Source of the DNA: an uncultured Nitrospiraceae bacterium
Lineage (GTDB): Bacteria > Nitrospirota > Nitrospiria > Nitrospirales > Nitrospiraceae
Assembly: GCA_963730935.1 (NCBI GenBank)
Contig: CAVSTP010000003.1
Span: forward strand, 542,292-606,291
Reading direction: 5' to 3'
Length of the DNA stretch: 64,000 nt
The number at the start of each line of letters is the position of its first letter. Position 1 is the first letter of the stretch. This document shows positions 27,835 through 38,169 of this stretch, in pieces. The translations under genes and the position numbers were made by a program. Under the pieces are notes generated by a model. That model saw only the letters and a program-made list of their open reading frames with translations, did no database searches and had not been told where the DNA came from.

Positions 27835-29595
27835 ATGTTTGCCGAGGAGAGCTTGGGTACCAAAAAGGCATACCGTCGCCCGTTGAGCAAGCGAGAATCC
27901 TCGAAGTCGGCTCCGTTTCTAGTCCAACCTGCGATCGGAAAGCCCGACCCCACGCCGCTGTTGCTTGCGTCGGAACGCAATCCCCAGGAGGTACGCGGCA
28001 TCCTGACGGCCTACGGAGTGACGGACGTCGAACAAGCGGATCGTAATCTCCAATCCATGGCCGGTCACCCGCACGAGCGCCATCAGCTCGTCGCCATCCT
28101 GCCGATGCTGATGGAGTCCATTGCGCGCACCGCCGATCCGGATCAGGCGCTGAACCATTGGGAGCGGCTTCTCGAGAACATGACGCGTTCCACCTTTCTC
28201 GACTATCTGCACAGCTCTCCGCGGATGCTCGACCTGTTATCCACCATTTTCGGCAACAGCGATTCACTCGCCTTCACGATCATCCGAGATCCCATGTTGG
28301 TCTATTGGTTGGCCGAAGAGGACGTGCTCTCCAAACCGTCGACGAGAGCCGGTCTCGAGCAGGCCATCCAAAAGCAATTGGCCCGTCTCACCGTGAAAGA
28401 GCTGAAACTGGCGGCGCTCCGCCGGTTTCGCCGGCGTGAGATGCTCCGCATCGGTGTGCGGGATCTGCTGCGGCTGGCGGACGTGTCCGAGACGACGGCA
28501 TCCCTGTCGGATCTGGCCGCACTCCTGATTCATGCGGGCTATGAAATTGTTGATGCCGACCTGCGCCGGCAATACGGCCGGCCCATGCATAAGAGCCGGC
28601 AGGGGAAATGGGTGGAGACGGGTTTCGCCGTCATAGGGATGGGAAAGCTCGGCGGGCACGAGCTGAACTACAGCTCGGATGTAGATCTGATCTTCGTCTA
28701 CGCGTCTCACGAAGGAGAAACCCGAGCGAGGCAAGCTGCCGCCAAGGCGGTGGCTGCCGGCATTGCGAATGAGGAGTATTTCGAGATCCTCTCGCGCGAA
28801 CTCACCAAGGCCTTGAGCGAGCCGACCAAGGAAGGGTACGTCTTCCGTGTCGACCTGCGCCTTCGTGCGGAGGGATCGGTGGGACAACTCGCCCGGTCGT
28901 TGGATGACTATCGAAGGTACTATCTGACACGGGGCCAGATCTGGGAGCGACTCGCCCTGCTCAAAGCCTGGCCGGTGGCCGGCTCTTCTGAAGTGGGCAA
29001 GGCGTTCTTAAGGGTGGTGGCGCCATTTGTGTTGGGACGAGGCAATGCCAATCCTGGCCTGGCCGGCGCCATGGCCGTCATCGACGATGTGCGAACGGTC
29101 AAAGAAATGATCGATGCCAAGATGGCCGATCGGGGACATGAGCAGCGCAACGTCAAGCTTGGCACCGGCGGCATCAGGGAAATCGAATTCTTGGTGCAGA
29201 CCATTCAAGTGCTGGCCGGTAGAGCCGTTCCGACATTGCTCGACCGAAGTACGCTTGGGTCGTTGAGGGCGTTTGCGGCGAAGAAACTGTTGCCGGCGAA
29301 GGAGCGCGATGCCCTTTCGGCCGCCTATCTGTTCCTCCGGGACGTCGAACACAAGCTGCAGATGGTGCACGATCTGCAAACGCACTCGTTGCCGGATAGG
29401 GCTGAAGAACTTGCGCACTGCGCGATTCGGATGGGATACGACACGAAAGATCGAGCGCGAGGTGTGACCCAGTTTCTGGCCGATCATCAATACCACACCG
29501 AACTCGTCAATCGGACGTTCCGGGCCTTCTTTCATGAGCGCAAGACATCGCGCCTCCTGAAAAAAGTCCTGCAGTCGATCCGCGCTCGCCGCTGA
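27835..29595 (+). CDS. glnE: GlnE-like nucleotidyltransferase, single-module (other half of a split glutamine-synthetase adenylyltransferase)
   Basis: 586 aa with a GlnE N-terminal helical region (MLDLLSTIFGNSDSLAFTIIRDPMLVYWL), an NTase core (FAVIGMGKLGGHELNYSSDVDLIFVY) and YFEILSRELT...VDLRLRAEGSVG...WERLALLKAWPVAG. Confidence 0.8.
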   Translation: MFAEESLGTKKAYRRPLSKRESSKSAPFLVQPAIGKPDPTPLLLASERNPQEVRGILTAYGVTDVEQADRNLQSMAGHPHERHQLVAILPMLMESIARTADPDQALNHWERLLENMTRSTFLDYLHSSPRMLDLLSTIFGNSDSLAFTIIRDPMLVYWLAEEDVLSKPSTRAGLEQAIQKQLARLTVKELKLAALRRFRRREMLRIGVRDLLRLADVSETTASLSDLAALLIHAGYEIVDADLRRQYGRPMHKSRQGKWVETGFAVIGMGKLGGHELNYSSDVDLIFVYASHEGETRARQAAAKAVAAGIANEEYFEILSRELTKALSEPTKEGYVFRVDLRLRAEGSVGQLARSLDDYRRYYLTRGQIWERLALLKAWPVAGSSEVGKAFLRVVAPFVLGRGNANPGLAGAMAVIDDVRTVKEMIDAKMADRGHEQRNVKLGTGGIREIEFLVQTIQVLAGRAVPTLLDRSTLGSLRAFAAKKLLPAKERDALSAAYLFLRDVEHKLQMVHDLQTHSLPDRAEELAHCAIRMGYDTKDRARGVTQFLADHQYHTELVNRTFRAFFHERKTSRLLKKVLQSIRARR

Positions 29596-29689
29596 GTATA
29601 AATCCCTCTTCCAGGACGCGCCTCGGTGTCTGGATCGCTCCTAGGAAATCAAGTTGGAGAATTCTGCCGTGATCGGATTCGTGTGGGTG

Positions 29690-30316
29690 TCAAAACCTAT
29701 AGCCCACTTCGATGATGTACAGGTCCACACCCAGGGCATCAGAACCGTAGAGACCGGCATCGGAGAAGTGCTGAAGACGGAATCCCGCAAATGCGTGAGG
29801 GATTGGATGGATTTGCAGTCCAGTGGTTCCCACAATTTGGACGTGCCCCCCGAAGTCCTGTGTGCCGTATTTGTCCCGACCGAAGAACCCTAGTCCCAAT
29901 CCTGCGTCAAGCGACACGAATCCATCCCAGCCGCTTAAGGCTATATTGGGTACAACAGTCGCTATGAACCCCGTGTCTCCTCCACCATAGAGGGCCCCCG
30001 CACTGGTGATCAGTCTTGTCTCGACATTCCAAGGACTTTCACCAAGCGGCCATGACCAAGGAAGTCGGAAGGTGGCGGCTACGTCGAAAAGGTTAAAATT
30101 GTATGTCTGTTGTTTTCCCAAAAGGGGACTTTTCCCACTGAACCCATACCGTGGGCCGATGCTCAAGAGAGTGATATCCCCCGCAATGCTCTTTCCATCA
30201 ATCAGGATGAACAGCCCCAGAATAGCGATTGTAGCAACCAGGGTGTGAAGGATGAATGAGTCGGAACCACCCAGCCTTGGCAGGTTGGCTTTCTTTAATC
30301 CAATGAAAGGCAGCAT
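29690..30316 (-). CDS. Outer-membrane lipid A deacylase-like protein (PagL / acyloxyacyl hydrolase family)
   Basis: 208 aa from ATG 30316, with an N-terminal anchor/signal (LVATIAILGLFILIDG). The beta-barrel-like body ends in ...HFSDAGLYGSDALGVDLYIIEVGYRF, a His-x-Ser motif plus terminal Phe. The longer ORF to 30688 has a non-protein-like N-terminus. Confidence 0.6.
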   Translation of the reverse strand: MLPFIGLKKANLPRLGGSDSFILHTLVATIAILGLFILIDGKSIAGDITLLSIGPRYGFSGKSPLLGKQQTYNFNLFDVAATFRLPWSWPLGESPWNVETRLITSAGALYGGGDTGFIATVVPNIALSGWDGFVSLDAGLGLGFFGRDKYGTQDFGGHVQIVGTTGLQIHPIPHAFAGFRLQHFSDAGLYGSDALGVDLYIIEVGYRF

Positions 30317-30441
30317 CGTTCCATCCTGCCACGAAAAGTGCAGAGATTTTTGTCCAAATAAGACGATGGTGTACCAGAGTATTAAGTTGGTCAAGCAGAA
30401 GTACGGAGCTAGTATCCCGGCGGAAACCTCATGCGTCGTCG

Positions 30442-30810
30442 CTATGAAGGGGAAGCATCCCCATACCGGAGGTCGCGCTCGCTGGAAAGCGAGAGATGCG
30501 TCTCGCCCCATTGATGGGAACTGGCGAGACTCCACGGCTCTTCCATAGTAATCGGTTTGAACCGCAACCCGTACAGGCCGCCGTAGACAAGATAGGCCAG
30601 ACCTGAACCGGAGTCTTCGACGAGTTGCCCATAGGCCGGACAGGGAGGCGACTCCACGTTGTCGCTCCATCCTGTCACCCAGTACCACTCGCCGGCGGAG
30701 TTTCGATCATAGAGCCGCACTTGAATGACCGGCTTGGCGGGCCCAGCATCCTTGAACCGGGCGAAGACACCGTCTACGCAATTCTCGTTGGACTCGACTT
30801 CGATGATCAC
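30442..30810 (-). CDS. Hypothetical protein (about 122 aa)
   Basis: The core is protein-like (VIQVRLYDRNSAGEWYWVTGWSDNVE...LAYLVYGGLYGLRF). GTG 30810 with AAGGA upstream was chosen because the annotated TTG start (30864) lies inside the groEL terminator tail. Confidence 0.35.
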   Translation of the reverse strand: MIIEVESNENCVDGVFARFKDAGPAKPVIQVRLYDRNSAGEWYWVTGWSDNVESPPCPAYGQLVEDSGSGLAYLVYGGLYGLRFKPITMEEPWSLASSHQWGETHLSLSSERDLRYGDASPS

Positions 30811-30858
30811 GTCAGATCCTTGGAGGAGGTGATCTATTGTAGTCCCGGCGCCGCGGCG

Positions 30859-30897
30859 CAACAAACACGAAGGGCCCGGCGGTTGCCCGCCGAGCCC
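30859..30897 (-). terminator. Intrinsic terminator of groESL
   Basis: Minus strand: GGGCTCGGCGG-GCAA-CCGCCGGGCCC followed by TTCGTGTTTGTTG, 47 nt after the groEL stop. Confidence 0.75.
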
Positions 30898-30943
30898 TTC
30901 AATGCGTTCACCGAGCTCTCAGCGAGCTCGATCGCCGTCTTCT

Positions 30944-32599
<1,656 letters not shown>

Positions 32600-32630
32600 T
32601 TAAAGTCAGTCGTCTGGTGGTTGATTCAGA

Positions 32631-32930
32631 TTAGTTAGTAAAAACCCCGAGGATATCTTCTTCTTTGAGGATCAAGCACTCTTCGTCCTCGATCCGAAGC
32701 TTGCTGCCTGAATACTTATCAAACAGGACCTGATCGCCGACCTTGACGTTTTCCACCTTCTTGCCGACGGCTTGAACGATTCCCCGTTGGGGTTTTTCCT
32801 TGGCCGAGTCCGGCACATAGATCCCGCCTGACGTCCGATCCAATTCTTCAGTGTAGGTCACGAAAACCCTGTCGCCGAGGGGCTGGAAGCCCTTGGCCAC
32901 GTTCTTCTTCTCCTTCGCCGCTGTGCTCAT
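32631..32930 (-). CDS. groES: Co-chaperonin GroES (Cpn10)
   Basis: 99 aa with FQPLGDRVFV...SGGIYVPDSAKEKPQRGIVQAVG...VGDQVLFDKYSG, canonical Cpn10. Confidence 0.98.
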   Translation of the reverse strand: MSTAAKEKKNVAKGFQPLGDRVFVTYTEELDRTSGGIYVPDSAKEKPQRGIVQAVGKKVENVKVGDQVLFDKYSGSKLRIEDEECLILKEEDILGVFTN

Positions 32931-33058
32931 AACGCAAACCTCCTCGTGGTGTAAGTTAACCCGAAAGATGTCGACAATTTAGAACGGGTTCGCACTCGAT
33001 GGCGCAGGTCTAAGACCCCAGCGCGAGCAGAATCCCTGATCTTGCGAAGCTGAGCGAG

Positions 33059-33090
33059 AGATAGCCCCGTCTTCGATTGAGTCAAGGGGG
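33059..33090 (-). promoter_or_regulatory. Candidate sigma32-type heat-shock promoter of groESL
   Basis: Minus strand: CCCCCTTGAC-N12-GGGCTATCTCT. As I recall it, the E. coli groE sigma32 promoter is CCCCCTTGAA-N13-CCCCATTTCT. The rpoH gene lies immediately upstream. Confidence 0.4.
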
Positions 33091-33198
33091 ACCCGCCGAA
33101 AAAATCTTTTGGCCCCCCGAGCGCTCGGGAAGTGGGGATAATACCGGAAGGTCATCCGGATATGCCAGACTATTCGGCGGAAAGGTGGGAAAAATGAC

Positions 33199-34188
33199 TC
33201 AGGCGCGTAACCGGTCGAAATCCTTTATATCTTTCTTCATGTAGTCCCGCAGGCGCTTGATGATGCGGGCCTCCAGCTGGCGGGTCCGCTCCTTGGTGAT
33301 ACCGTATTTGGCACCCAGATCGTCGAGGGTCAGGGGCGTTTCGGACAGGAGGCGGTTGCGCAGAATGTCCTCGTCGCGTTCGTCGAGGGTCTTCACGAAT
33401 TCAGCCAGCTTCTCCCGGAAGAGGGTTTGCAACTGGTCATGGGCGAGCTGCTCGTCGGCCGGTACTTGTTGGGACGGCAGAATATCGAGCAGGCTGCCGT
33501 CCTGGTCTTCTCCGATGGGTTGATCGAGCGACAACTCCCAATTGCCGAGCCGCTGGTCCATCTCGACCACGTCGCGCTCGCGGACGTTCAACCGATCAGC
33601 CAGCAATTTGGTGTCCGGTGCGAACCCCTCACGCTCGAGCTTGGATTTTTCCTTTTTGAGGTTATAGAAGAGTTTGCGTTGGTCCTGCGTGGTCCCGATC
33701 TTGACCAGTCGGTAGGTATTCAAGAGATAGCGCAGAATATAGGCACGTGACCACCATGCCGCATAGGCATGGAAGCGCACGTTCTTCGACGGGTCGAATT
33801 TCTTGATGGCTTGAAGCAGGCCTACATTGCCTTCCTGGATCAGATCCATGTGGTCGGCGCCGGTATGCAGATATTCGGCGGCGATCGCGACCGAGACCCG
33901 CAGATTCGCCATGATCAGCCTCACGGCCGCGTCCCGGCTGCCATGCGTGCGGTATTCCTCAAAGAGCCGGAGTTCTTCTTCTTTCGATAAATAGGGGTGG
34001 CGCCGGATTTCGGCCAAATATTGTTGAAGGGCGGTAACCGGCACAACCGCCGTTGTGTCGGGACGGCCGTCTGCAGACGGCGGCAACTCCGTCGCGGGCG
34101 TGCCTCCTTCCGGCAGTTCGTCGACCGGATCGAGCACTTCCGGTTCGAGGACTTCGGTTTCCTGTTTCTTGGCGCGGCGTTTGGCCAT
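33199..34188 (-). CDS. rpoH: RNA polymerase sigma factor RpoH (sigma-32) with an extended N-terminus
   Basis: Sigma70 regions 2-4 are present, with the RpoH box (TTQDQRKLFYNLKKEK). ATG 34188 is preferred over the upstream TTG 34200. Confidence 0.88.
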   Translation of the reverse strand: MAKRRAKKQETEVLEPEVLDPVDELPEGGTPATELPPSADGRPDTTAVVPVTALQQYLAEIRRHPYLSKEEELRLFEEYRTHGSRDAAVRLIMANLRVSVAIAAEYLHTGADHMDLIQEGNVGLLQAIKKFDPSKNVRFHAYAAWWSRAYILRYLLNTYRLVKIGTTQDQRKLFYNLKKEKSKLEREGFAPDTKLLADRLNVRERDVVEMDQRLGNWELSLDQPIGEDQDGSLLDILPSQQVPADEQLAHDQLQTLFREKLAEFVKTLDERDEDILRNRLLSETPLTLDDLGAKYGITKERTRQLEARIIKRLRDYMKKDIKDFDRLRA

Positions 34189-34200
34189 AGGAATGCGCAA

Positions 34201-34228
34201 ACTATAGCAGAAGCTCCCGCCTCGACAA
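34201..34228 (-). promoter_or_regulatory. Candidate sigma70 promoter for rpoH
   Basis: Minus strand: TTGTCG, 16-nt spacer, TATAGT. This implies a very short leader, so it is uncertain. Confidence 0.25.
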
Positions 34229-34244
34229 AGCTGCCGGTGTCCCT

Positions 34245-34272
34245 AAGGGGCTCGCTTTCAAGGGGCTCGCTT
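34245..34272. promoter_or_regulatory. Tandem direct repeat (2 x 13 nt, 15-nt period) in the rpoH-narK divergent region
   Basis: AAGGGGCTCGCTT at 34245-34257 and again at 34260-34272. The second copy overlaps the -35 of the putative narK promoter. Confidence 0.4.
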
Positions 34273-34299
34273 GCGAGGAGAAAAGCTGTCCCCTATGAT
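34271..34299 (+). promoter_or_regulatory. Candidate sigma70 promoter for narK
   Basis: TTGCGA (34271-34276), 17-nt spacer, TATGAT (34294-34299), 34 nt before ATG 34333. Confidence 0.4.
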
Positions 34300-34332
34300 G
34301 CCTGACCGGCGCGTGAGACTGTCGATCATAGC

Positions 34333-35538
34333 ATGGCAATTCTGAACACCCTTCGGAGCGGACACTGGCCCTCGCTGGCAGGGGCCTGGCTGCATTTCGA
34401 AGTCAGTTTTATGACGTGGCTCTTGATCGGTTCCCTCGGCGTGCCGATTGCGGAAGAATTCGGGCTTTCGGCGACGCAAAAGGGATTGCTTGTGGCTTGT
34501 CCATTGCTGAGCGGGGCGCTCCTTCGGATTTGGGTTGGGTTGAGCAGTGATCGCCTGGGTGCGAAATTGACGGGCCTCTACCTGCTGGCAGGCGAAATGG
34601 GGGCATTAGTGTGGGGCTGGCTGGGCGGAGGAAGCTTTTTCCAACTGCTCGGTATCGGGCTTCTGCTCGGTGTGGCCGGCGCCAGCTTTGCGGTGGCACT
34701 CCCCATTGCAAGTCGGGCCTATCCTCCAGCCTATCAAGGGCTGGCGATGGGCATTGCCGCGTCGGCAAACAGCGGAACGGTCCTTGCGATGTTCCTGGCG
34801 CCACGCTTGGCGAACTCCGTGGGCTGGCACGGGGTATTTGGGGTGACGCTGGTGCCTGTCCTGGTGACGGCCATTCTGTTTGCCTTCATGGTTCGGGGCG
34901 ACGCGCAAGTTGGACGACTGAGACCACGCGGGCACTGGTGGCACGACCTTCGTGAGGGGCTCGCACAGCCATCCATGCACTGGCTCTGCCTGTTGTACGC
35001 CGTCACGTTCGGTGGCTTCGTCGGTGTCTGCAGTTTCCTGCCGATTTTTCTGCACGACCAATACGGGTTCGACCGGGTCACAGCCGGGTCTATTACTGCC
35101 TTGGGAGGCCTGCTCGGAAGTTTCATCAGGCCTCTTGGCGGATACACGGCAGACCGTCTCGGAGGGATTTGCGTGCTTCCGTTTGTCTTCGGAGCGATCG
35201 CGGCGACTGTTGCAGGTGTGGGATGGCTGCCAGAAGCGGCATGGGGAGTGGTGCTTCTCATGGCGGGGCTTGCAGCCATGGGATTTGGAAATGGCGTGGT
35301 GTTCCAAGTTGTGTCTGACCGGTTCTCGAAGCAGATGGGCATGGCTTCTGGCGTGATTGGCGCAGCAGGCGGAATCGGCGGATTCTTACTTCCGCTCTGT
35401 TTAGGTGGGCTCAAGGATCTGACGGGAACGTATGCAACCGGTCTTTGGTGCTTTGTCGTGGCAGCCGGTTGCGCATTGATGACGGTCGTGGCGGCTCAAC
35501 GGCGGGCTGCGCTGGCCGACCGAGGACTGCACGGATAG
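34333..35538 (+). CDS. narK: MFS transporter, nitrate/nitrite porter (NNP/NarK) family
   Basis: 401 aa with 12 TM-like segments, MFS motif LSSDRLGAKLTG and an NNP signature-like AAMGFGNGVVFQ. Confidence 0.8.
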   Translation: MAILNTLRSGHWPSLAGAWLHFEVSFMTWLLIGSLGVPIAEEFGLSATQKGLLVACPLLSGALLRIWVGLSSDRLGAKLTGLYLLAGEMGALVWGWLGGGSFFQLLGIGLLLGVAGASFAVALPIASRAYPPAYQGLAMGIAASANSGTVLAMFLAPRLANSVGWHGVFGVTLVPVLVTAILFAFMVRGDAQVGRLRPRGHWWHDLREGLAQPSMHWLCLLYAVTFGGFVGVCSFLPIFLHDQYGFDRVTAGSITALGGLLGSFIRPLGGYTADRLGGICVLPFVFGAIAATVAGVGWLPEAAWGVVLLMAGLAAMGFGNGVVFQVVSDRFSKQMGMASGVIGAAGGIGGFLLPLCLGGLKDLTGTYATGLWCFVVAAGCALMTVVAAQRRAALADRGLHG

Positions 35539-35646
35539 GGCCTTTTCCCGCAGCAGGTGGCCCAAAAAAACCATGTTAATCATCGATGTTCAATGATAAA
35601 TTGATCGTCCCTGACCATCGCGAGTTGACCACTCATCCGTTGATCT

Positions 35647-36855
35647 ATGGCAAAGCCTTTCAACGATATCGAAGACGCCGTCCGCGACATTAAGAAGGGG
35701 AAGTTCGTCATCCTGGTCGACGACGAAGACCGGGAAAACGAAGGCGACCTCGTCATTGCCGCAGAAAAGGTGACCCCTCAGGCCATCAATTTCATGGCCA
35801 GGCATGCCCGCGGATTGATCTGCCTGGCACTGACTCCCGAGCGCGTCGAAGAACTGCACTTGCCCCAGCAGGCGGTCGAAAATACCGCGGTGTTTGGCAC
35901 CGCTTTCACGGTCTCGATCGACGCGCGCAAAGACATCACGACCGGGATCTCGGCGGCGGACCGTGCCACCACGATTCATGTGGCAATCGATCCCAAATCA
36001 AAACCGACAGACCTGGCGCGTCCCGGCCATATCTTTCCATTGAAGGCCGTACGGGGCGGTGTGTTGCGTCGCGCGGGGCAAACGGAAGGGTCGGTCGACC
36101 TGGCGCGTCTGGCGGGACTTCAGCCTGCCGGCGTCATCTGCGAAATCATGAACGAAGACGGCACGATGGCTCGTGTGCCCGAACTCACGAAATTCGCCAA
36201 GGCGCACAAGCTGAAGATGGTGACGGTCAAGGCCTTGATCGAATACCGCATGCGCCGGGAAACGTTCATCAAGCGGATGGCGAGCGCGCGGTTGCCCACG
36301 ATCTTCGGCGAATTCGATGCCGTCGCGTTCGAGAACGAAATCGACCACGTCACGCACATTGCGCTCGTCAGAGGCCGGGTGGACAACGGTGCGCCCACGC
36401 TGGTGCGGGTGCATTCCGGCTGTCTCACGGCCGACGCGCTGGGGTCGTTGCGATGTGACTGCCGTGATCAACTGCATGCAGCCATGGAAATCATTCAGAA
36501 GGAAGGGCGCGGGGTACTACTCTATTTGAATCAAGAAGGACGCGGCATCGGCCTGCTCAACAAGATCAAGGCGTACGGGCTACAGGATAAGGGCAGTGAC
36601 ACGGTGGAAGCGAATCTCAAGCTCGGCTTCAAGGCCGACCTGCGGGATTACGGCGTCGGCGCCCAGATTCTCGCGAATCTCGGCTTGCATCAGATCAAGC
36701 TAATTACCAACAACCCGCGCAAGATCGTCGGCATCGAAGGCTACGGGTTGAAAGTGGTCGAGCGCGTGCCGATCGAGATTCAGCCGCACGCGGGGAATGT
36801 CAGGTATTTAACGACCAAAAAGCAAAAACTAGGACACATTCTAAAAAAGGTTTGA
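35647..36855 (+). CDS. ribBA: Bifunctional 3,4-dihydroxy-2-butanone-4-phosphate synthase / GTP cyclohydrolase II
   Basis: DHBP synthase blocks ([22 protein letters not shown]) are followed by GCH II blocks ([31 protein letters not shown]). Confidence 0.97.
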   Translation: MAKPFNDIEDAVRDIKKGKFVILVDDEDRENEGDLVIAAEKVTPQAINFMARHARGLICLALTPERVEELHLPQQAVENTAVFGTAFTVSIDARKDITTGISAADRATTIHVAIDPKSKPTDLARPGHIFPLKAVRGGVLRRAGQTEGSVDLARLAGLQPAGVICEIMNEDGTMARVPELTKFAKAHKLKMVTVKALIEYRMRRETFIKRMASARLPTIFGEFDAVAFENEIDHVTHIALVRGRVDNGAPTLVRVHSGCLTADALGSLRCDCRDQLHAAMEIIQKEGRGVLLYLNQEGRGIGLLNKIKAYGLQDKGSDTVEANLKLGFKADLRDYGVGAQILANLGLHQIKLITNNPRKIVGIEGYGLKVVERVPIEIQPHAGNVRYLTTKKQKLGHILKKV

Positions 36856-36870
36856 GTCGGCTCGCCAAAC

Positions 36871-37112
36871 GCGCACTCCAGAATGGGGGGATCAGCCTGG
36901 TCAGTCCATGTGCTCGCTGAAGACGGCACACCAGACCAATCCTATTTTCATTTAGGCGATGCTTTCACGCGCGCACGTTTCGACTGATCCAGGCTGCTCC
37001 TGCTGGGTAAGAACAAGCGGCGGGACTCACCTGCGGAAAGGGCGCGTCTCGACATTCCAAGGGGTGGGCGGGTGAGAAATGACGCGCACTCTGGGACTAT
37101 CCCAACCACCCT
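36871..37112 (+). repeat. Degenerate copy of the nested repeat (homologous to the internal and right-hand modules of 41737-42033)
   Basis: Shared strings in the same order: TGGGGGGA, TGTGCTCGC, CGGCACAC, ACGCGCGCACGTTT, GCGTCTC, GGGTGGGCGGGTGAGAA. It lies between the ribBA stop and the ribH start. Confidence 0.6.
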
Positions 37113-37153
37113 CTGAGGGGTGAGACCAAGAGAAAAGAGAAAACACAAGCTCC

Positions 37154-37699
37154 ATGAGACTTCGTAAAGGCTCACATAACGCGACTGGGTTGAAGTTCGG
37201 GATCGTCGTCTCCAAATTCAATAAATTCGTCACGAGCAAGCTGTTGAGCAGCTGCGTTGAGGGACTGACGAAACACGGCGTGGTGCCGGAAGATATCGAG
37301 GTCGTGCGCGTGCCAGGCGCGTTTGAAATCCCGCTCGTGGCGAAGACCCTAGCCGGGACGAAACGGTTCGATGCAGTGATCTGCCTCGGGGCAGTGATTC
37401 GCGGCGACACGCCTCATTTCGACTACATCAGCGCGGAAGCGAGCCGGGGTATTGGCCAGGCGGCCTTAGACGCCGATGTGCCCATTATTTTCGGAGTCCT
37501 GACGACCGATACGGTGGCGCAGGCCATCGTCCGAGCAGAGCCGACCAAATTCAATCGGGGAGGCGAAGCTGCGAAGTCCGCGATCGAGATGGCGACCGTG
37601 ATGCGGATGATTCGTGGCGGTGAAGGGACGGCACCATCGAAGGACAATGCCGGGAAAAACGGCGCCACGAGACGTCCGTCGCGAAAGCGCGCTTCCTAA
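37154..37699 (+). CDS. ribH: 6,7-dimethyl-8-ribityllumazine synthase with a basic C-terminal extension
   Basis: [17 protein letters not shown]...[12 protein letters not shown]...[20 protein letters not shown] are canonical RibH blocks. There are about 25 extra C-terminal residues (…[13 protein letters not shown]). Confidence 0.93.
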   Translation: MRLRKGSHNATGLKFGIVVSKFNKFVTSKLLSSCVEGLTKHGVVPEDIEVVRVPGAFEIPLVAKTLAGTKRFDAVICLGAVIRGDTPHFDYISAEASRGIGQAALDADVPIIFGVLTTDTVAQAIVRAEPTKFNRGGEAAKSAIEMATVMRMIRGGEGTAPSKDNAGKNGATRRPSRKRAS

Positions 37700-38154
37700 T
37701 GTTGGGATCTCGCCATCAGTCTCGCGAGCGAGCGCTGCAGATCCTGTTTCAATACGACATTCACGGTAAACCGGGCGTCTGGCTGGATGAGTTCTGGAAA
37801 CAGTTCAAAGTGAGCGAGGCCGTCAAAGCGTTCGCCGAGCAGCTGGTCAACGGCGTGTTGGAACACAAAAAGGACCTCGATACGCTCATCGGCAAGTATG
37901 CGACCAACTGGAAGGTGAGCCGGATGCAGATCGTGGATCGCAACATTCTCCGCCTTGGCGCCTACGAATTGCTGTGGTTGGACGAAGTGCCCGCTAAGGT
38001 GACGGTGAACGAAGCCATCGAGCTCGCGAGGGATTTTGGTGACGAGGAAGCCGCCAAATTCGTGAACGGGATTCTGGACAAGGTGCTGACGACTGAGGCC
38101 AAGTTGGAGCGGAAACGGCAAGAGGCTGTTCGGCAGACCAGGCGTCAGGCGTGA
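37699..38154 (+). CDS. nusB: Transcription antitermination factor NusB
   Basis: 151 aa with [13 protein letters not shown]...[11 protein letters not shown]...[14 protein letters not shown]. The start overlaps the ribH stop (TAATG). Confidence 0.93.
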   Translation: MLGSRHQSRERALQILFQYDIHGKPGVWLDEFWKQFKVSEAVKAFAEQLVNGVLEHKKDLDTLIGKYATNWKVSRMQIVDRNILRLGAYELLWLDEVPAKVTVNEAIELARDFGDEEAAKFVNGILDKVLTTEAKLERKRQEAVRQTRRQA

Positions 38155-38169
38155 GGTTTTAGAACTCTT

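Noticed and set aside
29690-30688. Full 332-aa version of the PagL-like ORF
   Set aside because: The first ~124 residues are Arg-rich and lack a signal peptide. ATG 30316 gives a normal signal/anchor and a family-typical size.
32989-33013. CIRCE-like inverted repeat in the groES leader (TTCGCACTC-N7-CAGGTCTAA)
   Set aside because: Only about 14 of 18 positions match, the spacer is 7 rather than 9 nt, and the two arms are poorly complementary. It is mentioned only as a possible relic.
35539-37153. Expected FMN riboswitch upstream of ribBA or ribH
   Set aside because: Neither leader contains the conserved FMN-element blocks as I remember them. The ribBA-ribH spacer is instead occupied by the degenerate nested repeat.
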